A stretch of 64,000 nucleotides of DNA from Ignavibacteriota bacterium. GTDB lineage: Bacteria > Bacteroidota > Ignavibacteria > UBA10030. Made by a program: the position numbers and the translations under genes. Positions 39,463 to 48,689 of the stretch are shown in pieces. Each line of letters opens with the position of its first letter. Positions within the stretch are counted from its first letter, which is position 1. Under the pieces are notes generated by a model. That model ran no database searches, was not told the DNA's origin, and saw only the letters and a program-made list of their open reading frames with translations. The stretch is taken from NCBI GenBank assembly GCA_003170475.1, contig PMZI01000023.1, positions 95,084 to 159,083 of the forward strand, given 5' to 3'.

Positions 39463-39530
39463 AAGCTATGAAACGATGGGGCCAATCAGTAGGAGGGAAA
39501 TCCTGATACTTGCGTAGGGAATTCCTTACA
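39463..39530 (-). promoter_or_regulatory. Putative activator-dependent amt promoter with two tandem 18-bp NarL/GacA-type boxes
   Basis: CGTAGGGAATTCCTTACA (39513-39530, near-palindrome) and AGGAGGGAAATCCTGATA (39491-39508) are 22 bp apart and 13/18 identical; minus-strand -10 TAGCTT at 39468-39463. Confidence 0.6.
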
Positions 39531-39547
39531 CCAAAAGTGAGAATCGA

Positions 39548-40180
39548 TTAGCTGATGAGCTTGTTCTGAATTGCGTAGTGAATGAGTTCTGCGTTGTTGT
39601 GCAGATTTAGCTTCTCAAGGATTCGCGAACGATAGGTTGTAATTGTCTTTTCGCTGAGAAAAAGACTTTGCGCAATTTCTTTCAGCTTCTTTCCTCGAAC
39701 CAGTTGAGTCAGAACCTGAAATTCTCGCTCGGAGAGTGTCTGATGGGGCAAGACCTCGGCCGGTGAATGCAAAGCCGATGCGAGTTTTTCGGCAAGGTGA
39801 GCGCTGACGTAAATTCCTCCTCCTGCTACTTTCCGGATCGCGGCGATGAGTTCTTCGGCCGCACTTTCCTTTGTCAGGTAACCTGCGGCTCCTGCTTTGA
39901 GGATGCGCGTCGCGTATTGATCCTCCGGATGCATGCTCAGCACAAGAACGCGCGCATGTGGTCGTTCGCGTTTGATGTCGCCGAGAATTTCAAGGCCACC
40001 CATCCCGGGCATCGTCAAGTCCAGAAGAACAACGTCACAGTCGTGCTCTTTGATCCCCGCCACCGCCTCGGCACCGTTGCCTGCTTCGCCGACAACGCGC
40101 AGGTCGCTTTGTTTCGCGAGAATCTGACGGACTCCCGCACGGAAGAGACTGTGGTCATCGACAATAAAGATCCGGGTCAT
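39548..40180 (-). CDS. NarL/FixJ (GacA/UvrY-like) response regulator
   Basis: IVDDH, LLDLTMPG, GAAGYLTK and LuxR HTH LSEREFQVL...LSEKTITTYRSRILEKL. Confidence 0.95.
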   Translation of the reverse strand: MTRIFIVDDHSLFRAGVRQILAKQSDLRVVGEAGNGAEAVAGIKEHDCDVVLLDLTMPGMGGLEILGDIKRERPHARVLVLSMHPEDQYATRILKAGAAGYLTKESAAEELIAAIRKVAGGGIYVSAHLAEKLASALHSPAEVLPHQTLSEREFQVLTQLVRGKKLKEIAQSLFLSEKTITTYRSRILEKLNLHNNAELIHYAIQNKLIS

Positions 40181-42174
40181 GGGTGCTCCTTTTCTGTGGG
40201 TGCCTCGAGGGTGACAGTCACAACCGTTCCGGAACCCGGAATTCCCTTCATTACAAGAGCTCCGCCGAAATATTTCGCCCGTTCCCGCATGCCGATCAAC
40301 CCAAAAGAGCGTGAGTCCCGTATCTGTTCCTCTGAGATCCCACAGCCGTTGTCGCGCACTTCAAGGGTGACGTTTTCTCCGACCTTTCGCAGAAGCACGT
40401 CAACCTTCGTTGCGCCTGCATGCCGGGCAATATTGGTAAGCGTTTCCTGGAATATTCTAAAGATGGCGGTTGAACGCTCCGGCTCAAGCAATATCTCGTT
40501 TGGAATAATTGAAGTTTTGCAGATGATTCCGGTCCGGCGCTGGAATTCTTCCGACTGCCATTCGATAGCGGCGGTCAATCCCAAATCGTCCAGCAATCGC
40601 GGGCGCAGCTCAGTAATGATGCGCTTCACTGACTTGATTGTTGTGTCGCAGATTTGGACCATGGCGCCAATTCGTTGATTTGCTTCTGTAGCATCCGAGC
40701 CAACCTCATCCCTGAGGAGACTCAGATCCAGCTTCAGTGTGGTCAACGCTTGTCCCAGTTCGTCATGAATCTCGCGCGCCACGCCTCGTCGCTCTTCTTC
40801 GCGCACGGACTGCAGGTGAGTGGAAAGATTTCTGAGTTGCTCTCTCGAGGCTTTGAGCCGGTCTTCCGCACGCTTGCGTTCGCCGATTTCATTCTGCATC
40901 TGACTGGTTTTTTCCATGAGACTGCCGGCCATGGTATTAAAGGTCATTGCCAGCATTCCAATTTCGTCTTTCCCCTGGCTGCGCGCCCGGTGGGAGAGGT
41001 TGCCTTTCCCCAGTGTTTCCGCGTCTCTTGCCAGCGAAAGAATCGGTCCAGAAATGGTTCGTGAAATCACAAACCCCACCGCTACGGCACCGAGCAAGAG
41101 AAACAGGGAAAGAAAAATCAGGCGCTCGCGAAGCTCAAATACGGGATGGAGCGCCTCACTGGCGTCGATCTCCGAGAGCATCACCCAGTGAACATCTGAA
41201 ATTGCAAGCGGGGTAAAGGAGCTGAGCACCGACACGCCACGATAGTCATTAATGAGGCGTGTGTCTGTCACACCGCTCATCGCTTCACGCGAGGCAACAG
41301 TCTTGACTTCCTGCAGCAAAATGGACGTCGAGCGGGAATGGATTTGTCGAATCAGGGTGGAGTCTGCCCCCTCCCGCCGAAGCCGTGTGATGTACCCCGT
41401 TGGATCCTGGATGAAGAATCTTGAGTCATTCCGCATTTTGAAGTCGTCACCAACGATATATGTTTCACCGGTTCGCCCCAGTCCCTCCTGCTGCCAGTGA
41501 CTGTTGGATGTCATGACATTGTTAATCTCATCAATCGATATCTGCGCGATCAGAACTCCAATTTTTGCTGAACCGTCGTGGATCGGCGAAGCCACAAACG
41601 CGGCTGGTTTCAACATGGTCGGCTCATATGGTGCAAAATCGACGAACTGTGCGAACTCTGTTGCGGTCGAAATCCGGGCTTTTCTGAATGCAATCGCGAT
41701 ATTTGATTCGCGATACGGACCCGAAATCAAGCTTGTCAAATATTCTTTCCGCTTGGCAACGGAATAGACGATATCCCCCGTTGCAGCGTCGACGAGGAAG
41801 ACGTCTTGATAACCGAACCGCTCGGCAATATTTGAAAGGATTGGGTGGTATTTTTCCTGTGTCCTGCGGGAACGGACATCCGATGTCTTAATGCTGAACG
41901 GGCTTCCGGGAATCTCACTGTGAAAAACAGCGGCGAACTCCTTCATCGCATCGACGGTCATGCGATCTTCGGCAAGTGTGACAATTTGATTCCGTATCTG
42001 ATGAAAATACGTTTCGATTTGCCTCTTCTTCGTCTCGCGAATAGAAGTGATTCTGTCGAACGTCAGAGATGTGAGAGAGCTCCGGGCATACTCAAAAGAT
42101 TGCCAACCCGTCAGTGCAACAGAAAGGAGGCCAAACAAGAAAAAGGAAATTTGAAGTTTTGTTTTGAGGCTCAC
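40177..42174 (-). CDS. Membrane sensor histidine kinase (Cache-like periplasmic domain, HAMP, HisKA_3, HATPase_c)
   Basis: Two TMs flank a roughly 320-aa domain; HAMP DEIGMLA; H-box ERRGVAREIHDELGQ; FRIFQETLTNIARHA; DNGCG; FGLIGMRER; ATGA overlap with the regulator. Confidence 0.95.
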   Translation of the reverse strand: MSLKTKLQISFFLFGLLSVALTGWQSFEYARSSLTSLTFDRITSIRETKKRQIETYFHQIRNQIVTLAEDRMTVDAMKEFAAVFHSEIPGSPFSIKTSDVRSRRTQEKYHPILSNIAERFGYQDVFLVDAATGDIVYSVAKRKEYLTSLISGPYRESNIAIAFRKARISTATEFAQFVDFAPYEPTMLKPAAFVASPIHDGSAKIGVLIAQISIDEINNVMTSNSHWQQEGLGRTGETYIVGDDFKMRNDSRFFIQDPTGYITRLRREGADSTLIRQIHSRSTSILLQEVKTVASREAMSGVTDTRLINDYRGVSVLSSFTPLAISDVHWVMLSEIDASEALHPVFELRERLIFLSLFLLLGAVAVGFVISRTISGPILSLARDAETLGKGNLSHRARSQGKDEIGMLAMTFNTMAGSLMEKTSQMQNEIGERKRAEDRLKASREQLRNLSTHLQSVREEERRGVAREIHDELGQALTTLKLDLSLLRDEVGSDATEANQRIGAMVQICDTTIKSVKRIITELRPRLLDDLGLTAAIEWQSEEFQRRTGIICKTSIIPNEILLEPERSTAIFRIFQETLTNIARHAGATKVDVLLRKVGENVTLEVRDNGCGISEEQIRDSRSFGLIGMRERAKYFGGALVMKGIPGSGTVVTVTLEAPTEKEHP

Positions 42175-42258
42175 GGGGTTGATGTGTTCAATGGTCGTCC
42201 GTAATCTGCGAAATATTTCCGCAAGAGTCTTGTTGGTAAGAAGGGTTCGGTTGAGGCA

Positions 42259-44739
42259 TTATCGCTTTCGAATTGTCCTACGGGTCGGGGTAGCCTTGAG
42301 TGGATCTTCCGGCCACGGATGTTTCGGGTATCGGGCGCGCAGCTGTTTTCTAATATCAGGATAGGTGTTCGTCCAGAAACTACGCAGATCCTGTGTAACG
42401 GCCAGCGGTCGGCCAGCCGGTGAAAGCAGGTGTATGGTCACCGGCGTTGTTCCGCCTCCGATGCGCGGTGTTTCAGTCAAACCAAACAGCTCTTGCAGTT
42501 TCACCGAAAGTGCTGGGTGACCGGAAGCACTGTATTCAAGCGCAATGCGCGAGCCGCTCGGCACTTGTAGATGTGATGGTGCAAGACGATCCATTTCTTT
42601 CAGTTGGCGCGCAGAAAGTCGTGATCGGAGAATATCTGCCATCTGAAGTCGCTGGAGATGCTGCAGGGCCCACATGCCACCAAGAAATGGCCCCAGCCAT
42701 TCAAGGGTTGAAGATTCCAGTGTTTCATCCGAAAGATCGGGCAGATCCGACCTTGCCTGGCGAGCCCATTGCACGCGCGCACGAAAGCGTTCGGCCTCCT
42801 TGTCCCACGGAAGACAATGCAGACCTGTTCGTCGAATTCCCTCGACCAACGCCCGCAGCACCTCTTCGCCTTCCAGTTCAAGTGGTTCCTCGTGCAAAAC
42901 AACTGCACCGAGTTTCCGAAGCCGCCGTGCATTGACGCGCTTTTCAGTTGCGCTCCACTCAACTTCGTTCTCAACAATAGCCTCGCTGGAGAATGCCGAC
43001 TCCAATTCGATCTCGCTCACGGGCGCGGCAAGATAGATTTTTGCCGTAGCCTGACCTGCGTCGAGATCTGCAATTGCAAGATATTCACTGCGCGAGAGGA
43101 GGCTTCCAGACGGCAGCGATGCAACTCCGCCGCCTGAAAGTTGGTACAACCCGGTACGATCCGGTCGCTTCCGGGCAATTCGTTCCGGATACGCCAGGGC
43201 CAGCAGAAGTCCGCTCGCATGAGTCCGTTTATCCGGGCCGCTTTGACTTATCATTTCCATGAGTCGCCGAGCTTGAGACACAACGCGTTCGATCACACCG
43301 CTTTTCTTGCCGGTTCCCCGATGAACGGCATCTATCCGGGTTCCTAAATCTGCATCCTTATCGACACCGGTGAACAAAGAGTCGCGTTCTTCGAGTATTG
43401 CAGCCAATTCACACGCGGAAGAGCCGAGGCCAATTTCCTTCCCCCTGAGGATCATATGAGCAAGGCGCGGATGAATGGGAATGGCTGCCATTGTGCGGCC
43501 ATGCGGTGTCAGTCGTCCATCGGTGGTTATTGCTCCGAGACGTTTGAGAACCGTTTGTGCTTGAGCGAGATACGCTGCCGGAGGTGGATCGAGGAACAGT
43601 AGCTGTTCGCCTGTTGGCGCCCCCCACGATGCGAGATCCAGCGCCATATGCGCAAGGTCAGCCACCCGAATTTCCGGTACGGGATATTCGGGAAGTTGCA
43701 AGTGCTCGGGTCCGGTCCAGAGTCTGTAGCAGATTCCGGCACCCTGTCGACCAGCCCTGCCCCTCCGTTGATCGGCAACAGCGCTGGAGATGGGGATCGT
43801 CACAAGCGCTGACATCCCCCGCCTAGGATCGAACCGCGCTGAACGAACAAGCCCTGAGTCGACGACGATTCTCACTCCGTCGATTGTCAGGCTTGTTTCC
43901 GCAATGCTTGTTGAGAGGATAACTTTTCGATGACCGTGCTTGTTCGGTGCGAGCGCAACATCCTGAACAGATCGAGGCAGCTCGCCGTGAAGCAGGTGAA
44001 TTTCGACATCCTCTGATACTTTTTTTCGAAGTTCTTCTTCTGCGCGCCGAATTTCACGCATGCCGGGAAGAAACACAAGAATATCCCCTTCTTCTGCGGC
44101 TAACGCACGAGAAACTGCTTCTGCGACACGCACTTCGAGATGTTTGTCGCTAGTAAATCGCGCATACTTCGTTTCGACAGGAAATGCAACTCCGCGACTT
44201 TCGATCACCGGGGCGTTTCCAAGTAAACGCGCGACCGCCACACCGTCGAGCGTAGCAGACATCACCAGAAGGCGAAGGTCGGCCCTGAGGTGCTTCTGCA
44301 CATCGAGCGCGAAGGCAAGTCCAAGATCGGCGTGGATGCTTCGTTCGTGAAACTCATCAAAGATTACGAGGCCGACATCCGGGAGGTCGGGGTTGGCATG
44401 CAACATCCGCGTCAGGATTCCCTCCGTCACCACTTCAATTCGAGTCCCCTCGGTTACAGCGGCATCCCCGCGAACGCGATACCCCACCGTCCGGCCCACC
44501 AACTCTCCCAATTGCTGCGCCATATACTCTGCAGAACGCCGCGCGGCAAGCCGCCGGGGCTCCAGCATGAGTATCTTTCTTCCTTCCAGCCAGGGGGTAT
44601 CAAGAAGAGCGAGGGGGACGCGCGTCGTTTTACCTGCGCCGGGCGGCGCGCTCAGCACCGCACACCGCGAGTGGGCAAGGGCGTTTATTAACTCCGGAAC
44701 AACCTCTTCAATCGGGAGACGAGGGGCATCTTCTTTCAT
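42259..44739 (-). CDS. hrpB: ATP-dependent RNA helicase HrpB
   Basis: APPGAGKTTRVP, EPRRLAAR, DEFHERS, MSATL, TSIAETSLTIDG, QRRGRAGR and C-terminal RYPKHPWPEDP. Confidence 0.97.
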   Translation of the reverse strand: MKEDAPRLPIEEVVPELINALAHSRCAVLSAPPGAGKTTRVPLALLDTPWLEGRKILMLEPRRLAARRSAEYMAQQLGELVGRTVGYRVRGDAAVTEGTRIEVVTEGILTRMLHANPDLPDVGLVIFDEFHERSIHADLGLAFALDVQKHLRADLRLLVMSATLDGVAVARLLGNAPVIESRGVAFPVETKYARFTSDKHLEVRVAEAVSRALAAEEGDILVFLPGMREIRRAEEELRKKVSEDVEIHLLHGELPRSVQDVALAPNKHGHRKVILSTSIAETSLTIDGVRIVVDSGLVRSARFDPRRGMSALVTIPISSAVADQRRGRAGRQGAGICYRLWTGPEHLQLPEYPVPEIRVADLAHMALDLASWGAPTGEQLLFLDPPPAAYLAQAQTVLKRLGAITTDGRLTPHGRTMAAIPIHPRLAHMILRGKEIGLGSSACELAAILEERDSLFTGVDKDADLGTRIDAVHRGTGKKSGVIERVVSQARRLMEMISQSGPDKRTHASGLLLALAYPERIARKRPDRTGLYQLSGGGVASLPSGSLLSRSEYLAIADLDAGQATAKIYLAAPVSEIELESAFSSEAIVENEVEWSATEKRVNARRLRKLGAVVLHEEPLELEGEEVLRALVEGIRRTGLHCLPWDKEAERFRARVQWARQARSDLPDLSDETLESSTLEWLGPFLGGMWALQHLQRLQMADILRSRLSARQLKEMDRLAPSHLQVPSGSRIALEYSASGHPALSVKLQELFGLTETPRIGGGTTPVTIHLLSPAGRPLAVTQDLRSFWTNTYPDIRKQLRARYPKHPWPEDPLKATPTRRTIRKR

Positions 44740-47057
44740 CAGATCTTTCTTACAAAAATCCTGACATCTCCGAATTCCATCGACAGCCGATGTTCCGTCT
44801 TTGCAGCTCCACCTTCAACGGGAGCCATGGGGTGTGGAAATTGAATTGTTCGCTCACCTTTGTCGGTAGCGACAATCATCGCGGCACCTTTTGTCGCGCG
44901 CACGTTGTCGGGCTTGGAACTCCACATCTTCACGCCAGCCTTCACCGCTATCCATCGAAGAACCTCTATCGGCAACGGCCCCGTTCCGGCGTAGATCGAT
45001 GTAAACCCGTCGTGCTCTTTGCTGGCAAAGGCGATCTCATTATTGTCTGTCCATCGTCCATGAATGCGAATCCCCTTGTCATCGCCCTGCACAACAGCAA
45101 ACCGGGGATAGTGCGGTTTCTTCACACCGAACTCACGATAGAATTTTGTCCCCGAATCATCGATCTGGCACTTGATCATCATCGGGCCCGGTTCGTCGAT
45201 GCGTTTGAATGAGAACCCTGTCAATGCTTCCATCTGCTTCGGTTCAAAGCGTTCCGTACCGATATAGCCCGGCGCGTAGTACCAGACGACCGTCGCGCCG
45301 CTTCCCTTGAAGAGATCCTGCAACTGTTTCACTTCTTCGGCGGTGAGAAAGAACGTATTCACCATGAGGAACAGCTTAAATCGCGATCGGTCCTCGGGTT
45401 TCAAATCAAACCTGTAGACAAAGTCCGTTGGGGCACCCACGCGGTTGATTGTCCTCGCCTGCGAATTGACCACCCAGTGTCCGAAGAAATCACTGATGAC
45501 AATTCCAAAGTGTTCCCACGGTTCTTCCGCCCACCAGTGCTCGGTGGCAAGCCATGATTTCGGTTCGTAGACTGCCGCGATTTCCGAGACGGGGCTGATA
45601 TCGAGTTTGTGCCGATATGTGTTCCCGAGTTCCGCAAAGGATTTAATGAGTTTCGTCATCGGGGTGTCGTCAAACCACCCCCTGTTTGCCTTGAAGGGGG
45701 GCATGAGGTGACCGAAGTCAAACAACCAGCCGGCATGACCAGTAGCGAACACTTGACCGAGGTCGCGCTGGAGAATTTTGAGCGTCCCCTCAACGGTTTC
45801 CGAGCCGGAACCTCCTTCACTCCTCCTGTACGGCTCGAGGTACGTGCTCGGATCCATTTCAGAAATGAACATCTTGTTGTTCCGGCGGATAGATTCACTC
45901 AACACTCTGTAAGCGCCGTCACCGCCAACACCACGTGCGCGGCCAAGCCAGTTGCCCGCGTCGTCAATCACATCGCTGTCCCATCGCTGGTTCCCGGGGA
46001 CATTGCTTCGTTGATAGGTGTACGGTGTTGCGATGTAGTCAATGTCGGGCGATCGAAGAACGGACTCAGGGACCAGATGCCCCGCCTCCTGGATCATGAC
46101 ATTTTCCAATACATAGCAGAAGAACGTACCGCAGATCACCCGGCGTTCCGTTTCTTCTTTAATAACCTTCGCAAACGATGCCACCGTGTCTGCCGTGTTC
46201 TTGTGGTACTTATAATAGAAGTCAATGATATCGCGGTCCTTTTCAGGATCGCGCATCAGCGGCCCGCCCTTATTGATTCTTCTTTCCGTCGACGGAATCG
46301 GGCCGGCAATTTTCTCCATCGGGGCGCTATAGTCCGGCATCCATCGGCATCCGATATAGTGCCACTCGCCGGTATGCATCCCGGAAATTTGGTATCCCAT
46401 CATTCTGCTTTTAAGCGGCGATGCCTCCATATGACGAAGAAAATTCCGAAGCATCTCGGTGGTCTCTTTCTTCCAGACCTCCGATGCGAACGACGCCGCA
46501 TACGGATCACCTAATGACGTCCAGTTGAATCCACCCTCGATGATCTGCGCAGCTGCTTTGTATTGACCGGCATCAACGGGAAGACCGCACTTGACGAGTT
46601 CGTCCGGGTGAGATTCTTTCCACCATTCGGGAGCGTAGGGGTGCAGGCGCGGAAAGAGGAAGGCGTCGGGAACAAGCTCCAGGAGTTTGGCGAAGTAGTT
46701 ATCGAACCGCCCCCAATCGTACTTTCCGGGACCTATCCAGCCGTCTTCCAGTCCGATCAGCGGATGCAGGAATCGCAATCCCGCCTTGCGATAACTCGGC
46801 GCGGTGTGAAGCAGGCTCGCGCTCACTGCGAAGAGTGGGTATTCTTCTTTTCCGTTCAGATAGAGGCGCGCACCTCCGCGCTCCATGGCTATCGTGCAAC
46901 GGCAGGCGGGCTCACCCTTGAGCCGACTTAGCTGCTTCAGCGCGTTGTCATCAAGTTCTGGTGATCTGTGCTCGAACAGATCGGCGGCGTTGAGCTGGGT
47001 GAATGGAATGGTACCGAGTGCTGCTCCGGCAAGCTTCAGTGCGTTGCGTCGGTTCAT
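44739..47057 (-). CDS. Tat-exported putative clan GH-A glycoside hydrolase (GH42-like, unclassified)
   Basis: Twin-arginine signal MNRRNALK, W.GPGKYDW..FD, candidate acid/base TGEW and nucleophile FISEMD, and a C-terminal region (TVVWYYAPG) resembling the GH42 trimerisation domain. Confidence 0.7.
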   Translation of the reverse strand: MNRRNALKLAGAALGTIPFTQLNAADLFEHRSPELDDNALKQLSRLKGEPACRCTIAMERGGARLYLNGKEEYPLFAVSASLLHTAPSYRKAGLRFLHPLIGLEDGWIGPGKYDWGRFDNYFAKLLELVPDAFLFPRLHPYAPEWWKESHPDELVKCGLPVDAGQYKAAAQIIEGGFNWTSLGDPYAASFASEVWKKETTEMLRNFLRHMEASPLKSRMMGYQISGMHTGEWHYIGCRWMPDYSAPMEKIAGPIPSTERRINKGGPLMRDPEKDRDIIDFYYKYHKNTADTVASFAKVIKEETERRVICGTFFCYVLENVMIQEAGHLVPESVLRSPDIDYIATPYTYQRSNVPGNQRWDSDVIDDAGNWLGRARGVGGDGAYRVLSESIRRNNKMFISEMDPSTYLEPYRRSEGGSGSETVEGTLKILQRDLGQVFATGHAGWLFDFGHLMPPFKANRGWFDDTPMTKLIKSFAELGNTYRHKLDISPVSEIAAVYEPKSWLATEHWWAEEPWEHFGIVISDFFGHWVVNSQARTINRVGAPTDFVYRFDLKPEDRSRFKLFLMVNTFFLTAEEVKQLQDLFKGSGATVVWYYAPGYIGTERFEPKQMEALTGFSFKRIDEPGPMMIKCQIDDSGTKFYREFGVKKPHYPRFAVVQGDDKGIRIHGRWTDNNEIAFASKEHDGFTSIYAGTGPLPIEVLRWIAVKAGVKMWSSKPDNVRATKGAAMIVATDKGERTIQFPHPMAPVEGGAAKTEHRLSMEFGDVRIFVRKI

Positions 47058-47549
47058 TGGAGCCTCGTGGAAGATTGTAGGGCTGTGATTGGTTACGGGA
47101 GTTTATCCAAAGATCCATCGAAAAGAAACGGAAATCTTGAAGGTCCCCCGTACCGACGATCTCCCCAAACGGCAAGACGTTTGCGTCGTCTGATTTTTCT
47201 TTAGCGCCGGGGGTGTCTGAGAGCTTGAATAAGCACGTTCGACTAATTTCTGGCGCGCAGTTCATCCGGTCGGTCTGGGACAACATCGCATATCCTTTGA
47301 TGTTTGATACGCTGGTCGCTCGAATCGATTTTGTGCTTGACAATTCAACAATCCGGAAGAATTGATGCCGGGGCCCCACCCAGATGTATTTTGCGCCGAT
47401 GGGGCCGCGTTGCATCATGGATCAATAATTGCTAAATTGTGCCATCGTGATGGGGGTGTCATCCCGTCCTGCTTTCGCCGCCCGAGCCGCCCACCAGCCT
47501 CAGTAGGAATTTGTGCGTGGCTCGATTTGTTTGTACACCGATAGATTGC

Positions 47550-47577
47550 GGAACGATTACCCCGTTTTTTCGTCCAA
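47550..47577 (+). promoter_or_regulatory. Putative RpoE-like ECF promoter upstream of the moxR-bat operon
   Basis: GGAAC-17 nt-GTCCAA, ending 45 bp before the GTG start. Confidence 0.5.
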
Positions 47578-47622
47578 TATCAATACGGAACTATTTTAGA
47601 GTCAACGACTTAGGAGGATTGA

Positions 47623-48606
47623 GTGGACATCAAGACTATTAACGAAATGATACAGCGTGAGAGCGCTTTCGTCGACACGCTGACGAGCGAGGTGTCAAAA
47701 GTGATTGTCGGCCAGAAACAGATGGTCGACCGGCTCCTGATCGGCCTCCTCTGCAACGGACATATTCTCCTTGAGGGTGTTCCGGGTCTCGCCAAGACGC
47801 TTACCATTAAATCGCTTGCCTCCGCCATCAGCGCGAAGTTTCAGCGAATCCAATTTACGCCGGACCTCCTTCCCGCTGATCTTGTCGGCACGATGATTTA
47901 TAATCAGAAAGATGGAAAGTTCTTCACCCGACGCGGACCGATCTTCGCCAATTTCATCCTGGCAGACGAAATCAACCGCGCACCGGCCAAGGTCCAGAGC
48001 GCTCTGCTTGAAGCCATGCAAGAGCGACAAGTGACTATTGGAGAAGAAACCTTCAAGCTCGACGAACCCTTCCTGGTGCTCGCCACGCAGAATCCGATCG
48101 AGCAGGAGGGAACATACCCCCTCCCCGAAGCACAGGTTGACCGGTTCATGCTGAAGGTGAAGATCGGCTATCCGTCTCGTGAAGACGAGTTGGCGATCAT
48201 GCGCCAGAACGTCATGGGCAGCCAGGGAGACATTAAACCCGTCGTTTCAACGAAAGACATTCTCAGTGCCCGCAATGCCGTCAAGAACGTGTATATGGAT
48301 GAGAAGATCGAGCGATACATTCTAGACATCGTGTTTGCCACGCGCGAACCGGCGAAGTTCAAGCTCGAAAAGATCGCCCCGATGATCAGCTACGGTGCCT
48401 CACCGCGCGCATCGATTAACCTCGCCCTTGCATCAAAGGCGCATGCATTTATCAAACGACGCGGGTATGTAATACCCGAAGACATCCGCGCAATCAGTCT
48501 CGATGTTCTTCGACACCGCATTGCCGTCACGTACGAAGCAGAAGCGGAAGAAGTGACCTCGGAGAGCGTCGTGCAGGAAATACTGAACCACATTGAAGTG
48601 CCCTAG
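47623..48606 (+). CDS. moxR: MoxR family AAA+ ATPase
   Basis: AGGAGG RBS; LLEGVPGLAKT, RIQFTPDLLPAD, LADEINRAPAKVQSALLEAM and ATQNPIEQEGTYPLPEAQ.DRF. Confidence 0.97.
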   Translation: MDIKTINEMIQRESAFVDTLTSEVSKVIVGQKQMVDRLLIGLLCNGHILLEGVPGLAKTLTIKSLASAISAKFQRIQFTPDLLPADLVGTMIYNQKDGKFFTRRGPIFANFILADEINRAPAKVQSALLEAMQERQVTIGEETFKLDEPFLVLATQNPIEQEGTYPLPEAQVDRFMLKVKIGYPSREDELAIMRQNVMGSQGDIKPVVSTKDILSARNAVKNVYMDEKIERYILDIVFATREPAKFKLEKIAPMISYGASPRASINLALASKAHAFIKRRGYVIPEDIRAISLDVLRHRIAVTYEAEAEEVTSESVVQEILNHIEVP

Positions 48607-48609
48607 CAT

Positions 48610-48684
48610 TTCTGATTGTCGATTTTTGATTTATGATTACGCGATAGTTTCGTCTTCCGTCTCACTTCTTAGGCCTTACGTTCT
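48610..48684. repeat. Degenerate 7-bp-period tandem repeats (two blocks)
   Basis: TTCTGAT TGTCGAT TTTTGAT TTATGAT, then TTCGTCT TCCGTCT CACTTCT TAGGCCT. Confidence 0.6.
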
Positions 48685-48689
48685 CGGAC

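Noticed and set aside
47140-47225. c-di-GMP-I (GACGCAAA, minus strand) or TPP (GGGGTG..CTGAGA) riboswitch fragments
   Set aside because: The remaining conserved elements of each riboswitch are missing.
47430-47445. Sigma54 promoter (TGGCAC on the minus strand; similar sequences near 9000 and 12963)
   Set aside because: The GG-to-GC spacing is one base short of -24/-12, or the TTGC element is absent.
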